From the NCBI GenBank assembly GCA_002633005.1, contig NMRA01000257.1, positions 216,731-280,730 on the forward strand: a DNA stretch of 64,000 nucleotides. The letters run 5' to 3'. Origin of the DNA: Phoronis australis (lineage: Eukaryota > Animalia > Phoronida). This document shows positions 37,068 through 51,700 of this stretch, piece after piece. The position numbers and the translations under genes were made by a program. Position 1 is the first letter of the stretch. The number at the start of each line of letters is the position of its first letter. Below the pieces are notes generated by a model that was given only the letters and a program-made list of their open reading frames with translations, did no database searches and had not been told where the DNA came from.

Positions 37068-40000
37068 CAGTGCTGTAGTTTGCTTGAGATGGGTGTTGTT
37101 GGTGGTTCACTAAACAAGTGGTGTGGAATCTTATCTGAGGCTGGTATGATAAACAGTTGGCTGTTAAACGGGTTCATCATTTTACTGCCTTTCTTTATTT
37201 GAAATTAACCCCTTTCACTTTATGAGAAGAACATTTTACTGTTACTATAAACACCTATGTATGTATAAATTGCTTTGATTTGAGTTACTGCTACTGTTTA
37301 CCTGGCTTCACGGTGGCTATAAGTCCACCTTTCTCCACAAAAACTTGCCCTTGTTTAGACCACTTACCCTATATGAAACTGGTTTCAACTGGATTTGTAG
37401 TCAAATTTGGAGACGATTTTGGGCCCTCAAATGAACTGATTGTCCGTTGTTACCGAGACCGGCAGCCCATCTAGTTTGTCACGGCGTGTCGTTTATCCAT
37501 CGAGTATGATTTCAACAAATAACTAAAGTGTCATTTCTTTACAAACCCTGAAATCACTTCCCATTTAAGTAAGGAACAAGTTGACACTGATTTTATAGTG
37601 GTAACTGGTCTAAATCAAGAGCTTGCTTCGTGGATGAAGTAGTCACTTTAACTTTAACCCTTTCATTGCATGTGTACAGTAGTAGTGGGTATAGAATGTC
37701 CCTCGTCTGTGCTGGTAGAAGTATCTATTATTTTCTATGAACTAGAGTACGTATCTACGTGTCTGTTTCAATGCAGCAAACTGTGGGATGAAAATGATTT
37801 ATGTTCAACATATGTCCTCACTATGTGCACATTGTGAGGTGTGTGCAGTGCACTTAATGCAGGGCTTGGAATTCTCCTCTTTTAAGAGGATTTCTTCTTT
37901 TTTGGTTTCAATTTACTCTTATTTGATTTCCAGTTTCTTCTTCCTTTGCCTCTTTTTTATCATTCTTTTGACTTTATTTGTGCAAAATGTTTATTTCAAT
38001 TAAATTTTACAGCAACAAATTACATCCATTACACAAGTCTATTTGTGCAAGGATACATTGCCTGGAAAATGTCCTCTTTTTGTCAATGGTCATTCTAAGC
38101 CTTGTTACTAACTAAAGCCTTTTGAGCATGGTGGATCATCACTTTCAAATTTTGAACCTTCTTGTTTATTTTTGTCATATGAATTGCGAGTACAGTGCTT
38201 TTAAGTAGTCTCAACCGGTAAACTGCGGTCACTTTATTCAGTCTAGTGCCCTCTGTAGTCTGCATCTTACCGTTTTTATGGAAATTAGTACATAGCTGAT
38301 CTATTTACAAAAAGTATTAACCAAGAACACAGAACACGTTGGCCTCCACTTATGCTTGTAGTTGAACGATTATGATCAATAGCATTCCGTCTTTGCCAAA
38401 GCGCTAAATTCGTTATTTAGGCTTCATGTAAAGAAGGGATGACATAACAAATGAAATTTTGCATGTTATCAGTACAGTTCTTTTGGTATGATTATACCTT
38501 CAGTTCCAACTAAGTGTTACTAAAGAAACTGGTCAAATGGCCCTATTGTTTTAATTAGTATCAGATTAGAAAATCAAGTTCTTCAGGCTTTGTACTAAAT
38601 TCTTTGTCAGAGTCTTAATTTCTTAGTTCCGTAGATATTTGTCTAAGTGCAGATTTGTCTATGGAGTCCCATGTAACCTGAAGTGACCAAACGTTATTTA
38701 AAAAGTAATGTATGAATGGAGGTCACAAGACCGTGGGAATTTCCAAAATTCTTTTTTCCTCTTAGCCCAGCCCACTGCAACATGGATAAGAATTTACAAA
38801 AGAATTTTTTAGTATTTATATCGGTCACCTTTTTTCTCAAAAACAGGCCAAGCAGGAATGGACTGACCTCTTGCAATGGAAGGGTTAAGTAACTCTGATA
38901 TACAGCTGTTAGTTTATGTGTGAAACGAGCCATCATTTTTATGATTTTGACTTCAATTATGTATCAGATCTTTAGCCAATGTAGTGCAGGATTTGTAATG
39001 CAAAACTCGGTTGTCCAAGTGGCCGCACCATAGATGCAATACACTCGCAAAAATGCAAGATCACTTGAGCCTTGGACCAGGTATTATGAATAGTTATGTT
39101 TAGTTTTGTAAGTAATCCAATTGTTGAAGTGTCGGGTGCAGAAGATTTGAAGACCTGTGCTTGTCAAGTTGAATTTCTTGTAACGGTTTATGCATGTGCG
39201 CTGGGTTCATACTTTTTATTTTAAAGGGTGAAGCTGTTATCTTGTCTTTCTGCCCCTACTTATTAACATGAATACTAAATTGAGGTTCGTCACGGTGAGC
39301 TAACTATCCAATGTTTTGGGTTTTGTCATGTAAGCTGGAAAACTGACTGAACAAATTTTTACTGTGATATTTGTAGAATTGTTGCTAGATTTATTTACTT
39401 TATAAAGTTGTCTGTTTTGTTCTGTGTTGAAGATGAATGTTTTTGGAAATAAAAATGTTGAACTCCTTACTTTTGATTAGCTTAAATCGCATTCCTATTG
39501 AGCATTAAGTAATGTGATGGGACAATGTTTTAATTCAACTGTATATCAAATAAGCACAGAAAAATCGAGAACCACAACTGGGAATCGAACCACAAGTTTC
39601 CAGATTGCCGGTCTAGAGACCTGTTGTTCGATTCTCAGTTGGGGTTCTAGATATTTCTGTGTTTGTTTGTCATACATTTCACTATTGGCCAACCTCATAG
39701 TCTAAGTATATATTTACTAAATTCAATTTTATTGATTTCTCACAAAAATGAGTCATGAAATGATTGCAGAAGCAATCAAGTGAACACTTTATGGTTGAAC
39801 TGGTGTTTGAATGGAACTCATGTAGCGCTCAATATGACTTTAATGCAGCCATAAACCCACGTTCTGTCTGAGATTCAACTTTTGATTTAGACTACTAACT
39901 GCTACAAAATTGGTCTCGACTCGTTCCTTACTCAGACGAGATGATTTTTGACTCGCGAACAACCAGCAGTTTATATTCATTGAGACCATGTTTGGTGCAT

Positions 40001-42781
40001 AAAATGACAAGTCAACTTGTAGAACCCAATCCCAAGCAATAATAAACTGTCAATTCTTTGGAAGCCCTGAAAACATCTCCAACTTGACTCTGCAACAACT
40101 TGAGACCAATTTCATGACGGCAAACGGTCTAAACCAAGTTAGTTTTTGTGATGTAAAGGAGGTTTGTCGTCGATTTAAACAAAGTTTTGGTTGTTAATGT
40201 GATCCAAATCAGTTTTGAATCTTACACTTTGCATTTTTATGTTTATGGTGTCTAGAAAGAACAAAGTATCTCAAAAACATTTAAATACCCTTTTGAACTC
40301 TAAAAATAAAACGAAACAAGAACACCCACCTAGTGCATCACAAACAGCAAAGATACAGTGGAGTTAATAATTTCTAACATTATCACAAGAGGTACTGCAA
40401 CAGTAAAATGTCATTAGTCCACCATATTATGTGTACTAAACTGGCAAGACTTCACTGTAGTGCCAGTTAAATTTGAAGATCCTTACTGAAAGTACTGAGC
40501 ACATAAACAGATGCCATCAAATCGTGAGGCAAAAACGATAATTGCCACTCTAGAGAATGCAATAGTCGAGGATTTTTGCAAAATAGCTAACCCTGACAAT
40601 AGCATACATGCTTACTCCCAGAGATCCATCAACAGGGACTTCAGAGACAGAGATAACTGCAAAAAACAAAATTGTCACTAGATGGCACAGCAGTAGTTAA
40701 TATTCATAACATTATTTTGTTTACTGATCAAAACAAACCTACTCTGAATGGACAGAAAGGCACACACAAGGCTAATAAGTGGCGGCAGTAGCTGATTCAT
40801 TTAAAAGTCATTTTCTGTCACTATCTTGATGGGAACACACTCGTTACACAGAAGTGTATGCCAGATTTATGGACACTGGATGCTGGACAGAAATGAGAGT
40901 ATGCACCCACATGTATCAGTATATGTGGGTATACAAGAATGAGATGCTCTTATGACATAAAGACAGTAATTCCTTTGTACAAAGACGCCAATTACAAAAT
41001 TACCAAATACAATTCTTAAGCAAGGAAAACCAACATACTACTACCACAATTACAGAGAGACAGGAGATCAGGGAAAGTCTCTAGATCACATATAACACAA
41101 AGTAGACACCAGAGCTATTCCCTGAATGGGAACTGACTACCAATTGGCAAAAAGACCTGGTCAGTTTCTTCACTATAGTTTAACATCCACAAACTGTTAA
41201 ATATATTTACAGTGACAGTACAGTAACATTTTAAGCAATCACACCTATAAGCTTCACCCTTGGGTCGGTTGAACAGTAAGCATTACCTGTGATGTGTTAC
41301 GCCAAAGATTCTGTGATAATACAATATAATAAAACCCTGATAGACAACAGTTTTCTTAGAAACACCCTGCTCCAGTAAAATTACATTCGTCTTGATAACA
41401 TGTCCAATAAGTTCTCCTTTACCCTGACTAATCAATCAAGGAGACTCATATTTTTCTTGCAAAAACAACAATAACATGATAACAATAGAGTAATAATTAT
41501 AATAATAATGTTAGTGCTTATAGCACTTTTTTGGCAAAACACTTTACATCACTGGCCAAACAGTTTCTTTGAACAACAGCGATAATCCGTTAGATATTGC
41601 CAAAAATATGGTCAGTTTCAACCACAACTGAACCAAATTAATGAATGCAGCAAGAGAACCAACCAGTGTTCTCCACAAGGTCCATCGATTGCTTAAATTT
41701 GGGTACACAAACTCTCCATATTAAATAAGAGAAAAATGAACAGCTGTTCAACCCAGCAAGTAATCTTATATCTTAAATTTCGTGAAGATCCTCTTGGAAG
41801 ATATTGAGGCATACCAGTAGTTAAAATTGTTTGAAAATCAACATTAGCCAGGATTCCGTTAGGAGAAAACACATTTGCAAAATTTTGTAATGAATCTTTT
41901 AACCCTGTTATATTTAGGAGATACAGCTGCAGACATCAGATGCCAACTCAAAGATGACTACACAGCATATTCCCACATACATTCATGTAGGCACATAAAA
42001 ACTCTTCAAAATAAAAACAAATTCCGTATCAAAATATAGGTTTATATACTAGATTGTACTACAAAGAAGCGTTAAAACCCTCCTTGAACAAATATTTATA
42101 ATTCCAGATGTACAGGACTATACCCAGACAGTCCTAGCAATGCGTTAGCAACACAAGAAAATGATTTGAACACTTGAACACAAGTAAATCACGTGATACG
42201 TGAAGTAGCCTGTTGGTGCCATGTTACATCATCCGAAACAGCAAACAAAGAATGGCTGATAGTTTTGAATACCTGCCAGTTAGCATGTTAGCAATATGTA
42301 TCTGCTGTGAATACAAGTCAGGGCATATGGAATAGAACTCTTATAAGTACAGTTGTTCATTACTGTACGAATTATCTATGATAATTGCAGTCAGATAGTA
42401 AGTCGAACAGTTCATTACATTTGGCAATTTATGACTTCATTGTGGTCATAGAGATCCTTTAAAAACACTTTACAGGAACTAAATTTACATGGAATACCAA
42501 TCAAGGTAATGAAAGCTGCAAGACCTGACCTTGCACCAATCAGACACCATTACTCAAGATACTTTCACTCTGTAGCATTCGGGTATGGCAACATGGCTCA
42601 TGTTGCTGACAGTACATGCACATTCAATTGATTTGCTAACTTTACATTAGAAAAATATAAACTTGAGATGATACAACAATATACACCCACTTTGTACATT
42701 GAACTTGGAACAAGAAGTTGAGAATTCTGCGCCCATTATTACAGTCGTTGCTGTAACACTTGAACGACGTGAAGTCATGTG

Positions 42782-45700
42782 TCAAAGATCAGCAACCACC
42801 CATTTGGCAATTGACTTGCGCATAGCTACCATCCATCTGAAAAATTGACACAGAAAATTGCAAAAAGAACCTCTGAGAGACATTTTGCTAGAAGAATGTA
42901 TGATAACTGATGAAGAACAGGATAGTATGGCAACTCATGTTTGCCACTACCATCACCAAAAACACTTAATAGTAACAATAAAAACAATGAAAACAAGCAT
43001 TTGCCAAAAGACGACCTAACTGTCCCCTATCGCCTTGGGATGCATGCATTGTTAGAGTTAAAATTTTATGCTCTTTCACAATTACTTTGAGCAACAATTT
43101 ATTTCCGTGTCAAAGGAAGTTGCAGTGTGTTTCATGTTAAAACTACAACCTACCTTTCCTTGTCTTTATCGAAGTCTGCGTAGAAACAGAAGGTTCGAAG
43201 ACTTTCATTTGGTGGAACTAACTTAAAGCCATGTTTCTTCATCTCTGGGGCGTCTATTACACTGTAACCATGGAGATGAAATAATCCTGGAAAAATAATC
43301 CTCAGGTCAATATGAAAAACTGTGAGACAAATACTTATTAATAAGTTTTTACATCAAACATCAACACACTGAGTGCAATGTAACCACCAGAAATTTCAAA
43401 AAACAAGCCCTCCAAATAACTAGTCATGGAACTTACTATATTTGGAGAAAAATAAAAAGGCTCATGGGCCTAGTCCCCGAGTCATAACAAAAAGTTTCAG
43501 TCATTTGTAGATTCTCGCAAATATACAGCATCAGCAAGAGTCAAAAAAACAAGGCTTCGTGGGGACAGAACATATTTCAGCAAGTTTTCCACTTATCTAC
43601 AAACAAACCTAACTACCGGAATTATGGTACCATAAACTCTCCCATCATCACATATTGGTCGTCATTCTGTGTCAATGTCACTGTCATGTTTCCATTCATA
43701 GCCTTTCAAAACTACGCTCAGCCTTATGTTTGGGCCGTAAAAAGGTAAAAACACATCATTTCCTGATATTTACCCTAGACCTTACTATCATAAGTTTCTG
43801 ACTAAGTTCCCAAGTAGCTTTGTTTCAAAACTTAAAATATTGCGGCCTATCGATAAATAAGTGGCAAATAAATTTATTTCATTCCTTGCAAATAAATTTC
43901 ATGAACATCAAGAACATGCTGAGTTACTTGTACTACTGAGTTATGCGATAGCAAATACCAAATATTTTTTGTTAAAAATTACCCCCCCCCCCCCAACTAA
44001 GATTAACAATTTTTTGTCTACTAATGGTACGCACAATGTAGAGGACATTGAGCTGTATGTAACCTCATTGGGTCATCACCAGAGCTTTGTATGACCAATA
44101 CAATACCTTTGGCCTTCCAGCAGCTGAATATAACCTTATAGGGTCATCAACAAAGCTTTACATAACCAATACAATAGCCTTTAAGCATCTGTATGTAACA
44201 TAATAGGGCCATCCACAGAGCTTTGCATGACCAATACAATACCTTTGGCCTTTGAGCAGCTGTATGTGACCTCAAAGGGTCATCAGTAGAAACTTAACAT
44301 GACCAACACAATACATTTAACCCTTGAGCAGCAGTATGTGAATTCCTGGGGTCATCAACAGAGATTTACATGACCAATACAATACCTTTAGCCTTGGATG
44401 ACATTGATTCCACATAGTAATAAAGGCAGGCATCCTTGAGGACACAGAAGCGTTTCTTCCAACTTTTGTAATGTCCGCCCATCTTTGTCAGGTATCCGTG
44501 ACAGTCTACATCTCTAATAGATAAGGCTGGCATATTAATGTGATGACTACTGATGTCAAGCCAGTAGTCCATGCCATTGTTGTCTGACTTTGATGCCTCT
44601 CTGATGACTTCGGTCCAGCTGACAAATAATACAGAAACATCCGCATTATCATGTCAATTAGAGGATTAAATAGAGAATCCTACAAGAGTGTTGGGGTTTA
44701 TGACATGGGCAAAACCTCTTGGGAACTTCGTCAAAATCCCGAGGCTTGCTGAGTAATTCAGTTAATTTTTGCTAATAGTTTTATTTTAAGCTTAAAAACT
44801 GTAAATTGCATTCAGCTTTTGCAGCAAATATTCAAGTTGGAATCTAATAAATAGTCTTTGAAGATGTAATATTAAAACTTCAAAAATGTTAAAGCTTTGG
44901 AATAACAGTCAGCACGGCTTCCCCGCACGTGAGCACTGAATTGACTTTGAGACAGCACAGGTAGACAGTATCGCCGCGTTTCTTTAGCTGGGGCTCGTCT
45001 CCATTTGAATGAACGTGGAAATGAAATTCCGTTTGAATGAACGTGGAAATGGAATTCCGTTTGAATGAATGTGGAAACGGAATTTGCAGCCAAAGATGGG
45101 TTCGTTTAAGAAGTTGTTTGCATGTCCTTCCGACTGAGAGTACGTACAGTTGCGACACCCGATTTGTCAATCATAACCTTGTCACCTTCTTGGAATTCCA
45201 GCATTGCTTGGTTGGCGCGTGTTTGGTTGTTTTAGTGTTTTGAGACGATAAACTGTAAGGCGTATGGATGTCTACTTTGCACCGCTTTGTGATTTGCCCT
45301 TGTAATATCAAAAAATTACGTACTCGGTGTTATTAACCAGTCGTGTTGTAACACATTCCAGGTCATGTGAGAAATGTTAATTAGCAACCATATTGAAATG
45401 TACTATCAACTTAAGACAAAGTTAATAACTAAAATATTGAATGTTTTTCATTGTTCTAAGACTACTAACAGTCATGTTATATGCTAATGCCCAGAACACT
45501 GCTTGATGGTAGCAACAGTGAGGAAGAACTAAAAACTCGGATAATTATCTTTTAACAAAAGTATCGAAAATAAATTCAGTCAGACACCACGATACTGGCT
45601 GTTAAAAATGTGAAGAAGAAAAAAAAACGTCCCACACGTTGAACTTCATCACAGTATTCAAACTGAATTCAGGTGAATAGACTTTCCATATCAATGCCCC

Positions 45701-48700
45701 TTTCAAAAACAGTATTTTTACCAGAAATGCATGGTCACATGACTATGACAATGGCACAGTGTTGTGAATGGCATGAATAGATTTGCCTTTTACTCCTAGT
45801 TTAAGAAAGCATATACTTTTATGGGTTGACAGTCGCTAGTTACCAATTAGAGGTGTACGTAACCTTAAACACTATGTACATTGTCTCAGGTCAATATCGT
45901 ACTTTGTGACCTCTAAACACTCACTTTTATAAAAGAACAGCAGCAAATGAGAATGCAATGGACAAAAAATCCAAAACTAAACAGCGTATCGATCCTGTTT
46001 ATACCTTAAAAATTCTTCCTTTGAACTTGCTGCAAAGTAGTAGGTGTCTGCCCCATATCGGCTAATTCGAAATGCAAAGTCTTTGCCAGCATTTGTTGCC
46101 TTGGTAATTGTGTAATTCTTGAGAGGAATGGCAGCTAGAGGACTGTGATCCTGTCAAAGTAATAACATTAACAACATAGACTACGCTCCACAGTATTCAC
46201 ATCTACCAGTGAGATTACAAAAGCAGAGCCAACATTTGCTTTGATTTTAAACCCAAAGAAACAGAGAGGAAGAACTAGTAATAAGGTGCCTTGTGTGACG
46301 ACCAGGACACTAAGCGAAGGTCTACGTGAGACTCATGGTATTTATCATGCTCTCAATCATGATCACCTGCAGATCACTATTCAACGTACAATAACAAAAT
46401 GGACCTCCATAGCACTAGCCTCATTTTCCTTTGGTATATTCCAACAAAACCAAGCGAGCCATTTAGTACTGGAAAGTAAACAATAACATGTTGAGATGGT
46501 GATGAGACGAGGACTTAAGGCTGTATTACTTACACATTCCTCCTTAAAGACATAAAGACAATTATCTTGTTTGAGAACACACCATCGCTTTTTCCATGTC
46601 TTAACTAAGCCAGTTATACTGCGCTTCAATAAGGTTCCAAAAATGACTGGTTGAGAAACATCTTTAAAGTGGTTAGCAGGCTTGTCTGGTCTGGGAGTCA
46701 ATCCGAGGCTTATCCTCTGGCTGCAGGAGTCTGTGAATATGAAAACGGGTCAAATCATATTATAGCAATATTAGAACATGCATCTGCTTTACGCAGAGTG
46801 TACAATTTAAGACATCAGATATTCAGTGCCTCGGTGACTTGACTCTGAATCATTTGCCTGGGTTAAATGCGTGAACTGAACACAGCCATAGTGGCACCAA
46901 CATGTATATAAATTGCCATGTTTAGTGAGACAACATTGCAGGTGAATTTTTTAAGACTGCTGGCTGATAAACAAGACAGTCACTCTGTGACACTTCTCCC
47001 TTCAATTAACAATCTGTCCCAAAATCGATGTCAATAGAAACATGTGCCATATTTCATGAAAAGATTCATCTTGGAACTTGTATTGATAGACAGGAAGACA
47101 CCCAAAACAATATCCAAAAATAGAACAGTGAAGAACAGTTCATCAATGGGCAGATTAAAATGAAATTCTCAAACCTTTCTTAAGAATAGCCACCACTTCT
47201 TCATGTGTAGTTGCCATTACACACTGCCCGTTGATACAAACAATAGCATCACCTTCCTTTACACCAGCAGCTGCAGCAGCACCACCTGTTGAACACAACA
47301 TAAAGTAAGCCGATTCATTTAGGAAGCAGAATCCGACAGTCAAACTTATCAAATCTCTGTTTGCATAATCTTTGACCGTTTACCATGATTGACAGTGGTG
47401 CAGTCTTATCTTATCTGAAACAACACATCAGTGCTACATCAGCACAGAGCTCTATACTGCTGCTTCACTGGAAATGTAGATTGAAAGTGAACCTGACCTT
47501 TACCGCAATAAAAACAATCCACAAAACAAAGCAACTTGTATGCAGATGTGTAGATAATGTAATAAAATGCAAAGTGTAAACGAGACAGCAATTGTATCAA
47601 GTAAATATTCCAGTATTTACCTGGTGTCACTGTGGACACAAACACAGGACAACTGCCAGACACATGGAACCCGAAGTCTTCATCTCCTGGACGTTTTTCA
47701 ATAGTTGCCAGTTTTTCAGCCTCTGGAAGATTTTAATAATCACTTCTGTCGTACAATTATGAAAAATCAAAGCACGGTATTTAAGTATAACATCAAAGCC
47801 CAAGCCGATCCAGCCAATTTTTTCTGAGTCAAGAAGCGCATTCATTGTTGCCAGTCGCCCTTTTCAGAGGCAGCAAAAAATTCAAAACATTGCATTTTTG
47901 TAAACTATAAAAACGAAATCAATTTTTAATAAATTTCAAACTTTCAAACATAGATGATGCAAATATGGCAAAGCAGTGCAACACTTATTCGATAATTTTA
48001 TGCACTGGCTTTTTCTTCATAAAACAAATTCATAACCATCACTTTTGCAGAGAAATAAAACTTTCGGTATTCTCTTAGAAATCACCTTATCGTTGGAACA
48101 AACTCTTACCTGTATTTAAAATAAGTGTCTGTCAAATATCAGTGTGTAAATTTTGTAGTGAAAGCCACATTCTCTATTAAATTAAATTTGCATGTTAAAT
48201 GTCCTACTACAAACTCTTTTTGAACTCGTGTTGTTATGAGAATATGTTAGATGAAAAAAAAGTTTAGGTGCACCCAGTTGTAAATTTAATGTTCATATTT
48301 GCCAAACATCAAATTCAGTCCAATACTCTAAAGCCGTGACCCCAAGTTAGTATTAATAAGCAGATTGGCATAAACAAACTTAAGGCAGGTGACTCGAAAA
48401 TAATACAGAATAGCAAAGGACAGTCGGGGTTTACTCATCAGGAACACACCAGCCACTTTTCACAAAAAACTTTCAGTTTGGTGGACAGAGAGGCAGACAT
48501 CCTCTTCTTAATAGAAACCTATCTGCCAAATTTGCGAAGAACTCCGAAGATGGGCAAGCATAAAAATAGACTTGCCACAAGGGGACACAGTGGAGATTAA
48601 ATCAGTCCAAAATCCGTTACCATCTGTGGTCAGTTTCAAATAAACACATCTGACAAATTTCATTAAGATCCTATACAGGGTTTAGGAGAACAGCTGATGC

Positions 48701-51700
48701 TAAAGGCCAGGACACTCAGACAGAGATGACATCAACATGCACTCACAAGTATCCAAGCTATCACACGACCCCTGAACAAACTCTCTGAAATCAAACACCA
48801 CTTCAAATGTACTAAATTGCACATGGTGCAACAAAAAGGCAATCATCACGTTCTAGTATGATGTATCAGAAGCACAATGCACTACATCCCTCACCTCCTT
48901 TGCCATTTATAACATGCAAAAGCTCATCCTTAAACTAAAAATGACTCGAACTTAACATAAGGAGTGAACCCACCAAAGTACTGGTTTGTCATCCTTTTCA
49001 AATATGCATCCTGGCTGTCATGACGCTGGACTACCTTCCTGGTGATTGCCTGGTATCGATTACGGAACTCTGACTCCGATGCTGTCGTTGCGGTGGAAAG
49101 ACCTCGCTCTCTCTGGTCTTCAAATGAGGATTCTTCAATCTCTCCTTCAAATACTTAAAACAATTGTAATCAAAAGATTATGTCATTGTGATTTTTGGCA
49201 CAACAATTAAACTTATGGTCTCTTGCAATGAATAGAAACTGATTCTGGTTTCATGTATACTAAACAGAGACCATTAGCCTAGAAAATGTGCAAAAAGTGT
49301 AACAGTAGGAAAATGAAAGTTGTGCTAAGCACATGACTACACTGAGCAGGGGAGATCATGATGAAAACTATAATTATACTAAAGGGCACAACAGCGGGCA
49401 ACAGGTATTGATGATCAACAAAATTTGAGCCAATTGAAGGAATTACGAGCTGTAAATTGAAGTCTACAAGAACAAAGTGCATCGATTGTTTAACTAGTTA
49501 GTGGTACCCATAGCCAGCTTCATAAACACATGAGGCACATTAACATATTGGGAAGTAAATATATATCACTTCAGCTCTAATATGCATAGTATGTTAATCT
49601 GTCTAGACTACATGTAAAAAGAGAATCTAAAGAAAGTTTAATGTGGTTTGAGTATTACATCAGAAATGTTAACATGCAAAATACTAGATAGTGACATATC
49701 CTACATCCTAGGCCGATACTGGAAGAGTTCCTGTAAATTACACTTAACCCAGAAAAACTATCGGATGTCACGTCACTCTAAGAAGTTGTACCTTTCGAGT
49801 GTAGTGGGGCACCATTGGAGACCCTCGATGTTTTCAAATCCTCCCAACTAACTCGAACAAATATTTTGGTTATCAACATTTATTTCCAATCTCATCCTTC
49901 ATTCACCACAATTATTAGCATATTAATCAATTTTCAGTAAATATGTAGAGGGCAGAATGAACACTTCCAGCATAGGTACATGTAACCCACAAGTCCATAG
50001 TGAAAACTGGCAAAGTAAACAATTTGTTGATGAATGCACTGGAAAAAAGCTTGATTGCCAGAGTATTGGCTCAAGTTAGAAGGATTTAAAGAAATCAACA
50101 GCCTCCAATTAACATGTACTTAGGTTTATAAGGTACATATAACGACATGACATTGTTGTTTTAGCCTAGGCAAGGCATACTTTGTCAAAAAGATTCTGGT
50201 GTACATGAATGATTAGGATACAATGCCATTGTAAGGCAAGGAGCATAGCCTTAGACGGAGGAACTGACATAAGACGCGACTCCGTTTTACATGACTTCCG
50301 ACAAGTTCATTGAAAGTTTCCAAACCTTCTCCACTTCATGTGCACAACGAAGGTAAAGAAATCAGAGTGGGTCAAAAGAGAGGTTAAAATGATACTATAT
50401 GACTTTGTGTAAAGGACAGTTAATTGTGTGCCAGTGAGAACAGAAATTTACTTTTTTCAAGGCAAAGAGGCTTATCAATGAGAAGACCTGCAGAGAAAAT
50501 AACAAAATAATGCTTTAGAATCAATGAAGTTATCTAGAGCCATAAAAACATCATCTTGAATAATGCAAACAATTCAAACTCAAAAAAACAACTAAGTTTG
50601 TGAGAGTTAATGCCACCAAGGAACTTGGTATATTGAGGCAGATGCAAAAAAGATCGACTGTCACAATCGGGCACTGAGTACAAGTCAGATCTGTCTCAAA
50701 GCGGGAGGATGGGATTTTATCCATGACAGAACCAACCCTGCCAAACTTCATGGAGATACATCAAGGAGAATGCAAAGGAACTGAAATTGCCACCAGGGAT
50801 GCTGCAGTCATCACATTCAGGCTATTAAAACCAAAGTCAGACAAGCAATTCTCAATAGATACAAATCTGTCAAATTTCACGACAGTCCTTCAAGTGGTTT
50901 GGCAGATAGAGAGGCAGACACCAAAAAGCAGAACTAAAACCCTTTAAATGGTCTCTCTATGATATAAAAGTAAATTTCACAAAGGATATAGATATAGAGA
51001 TCACCGCAAACAAGAGCTTAGCGTTGATACGCAGCCACCGTGTGCATTATAAATGGCAAAGATATAGAGCGTGCTCATTTTATCAAACATTTCCATGCAT
51101 CAGAGTGAGCAACACTAGTGAGTCTCTATTGTGCACTCTGTGCTTAGTCATCTAAAAACTGGCAAATGCAATCTGCGTATGTGTAGATATTGAGATTGAC
51201 GCAAAGAAAACTAAATTACCACTAGATGCCACTACAGTAGTAGGTTCCATCCAATAATCGATGCCAGTCGTTCTCACCTTACAGGGGAAAGCAACTGCTT
51301 TTAATGTCACCTTTAGTAAAATTACAGATTCCTGGCAAACTTGGAAATACACTTTCCGTGTTTAAACTCCTGTTTCCCAGACAAGTATTGACTATATTCA
51401 TAGAACAATCAAGTGACGTGAATCGTTGAGCAAAAAGCAGCAACTTGAACCTGCATTCACATTCACTGAGCAAAAATGTATGACTGACATGTAGACTGCA
51501 AGTGATCAACAGTGAGCAGGACAATGCGTATATTCAATGGAAGTGACTACAGAACCATCCCGAATGCTGACCTTTTGCTGAGCCGTACAAATCACATTAG
51601 TTTTGCGAGGGATTCCAGTAATTGACACGGTAAAGGAGAATTTCCTCTTTAAGGCAGTCTTAATTAACATACTAAAACCATGGACCAAATGAATTTCACT

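Noticed and set aside
44650-45390. Possible Crypton-like non-autonomous element
   Set aside because: The words resemble such elements, but boundaries and terminal repeats could not be defined.
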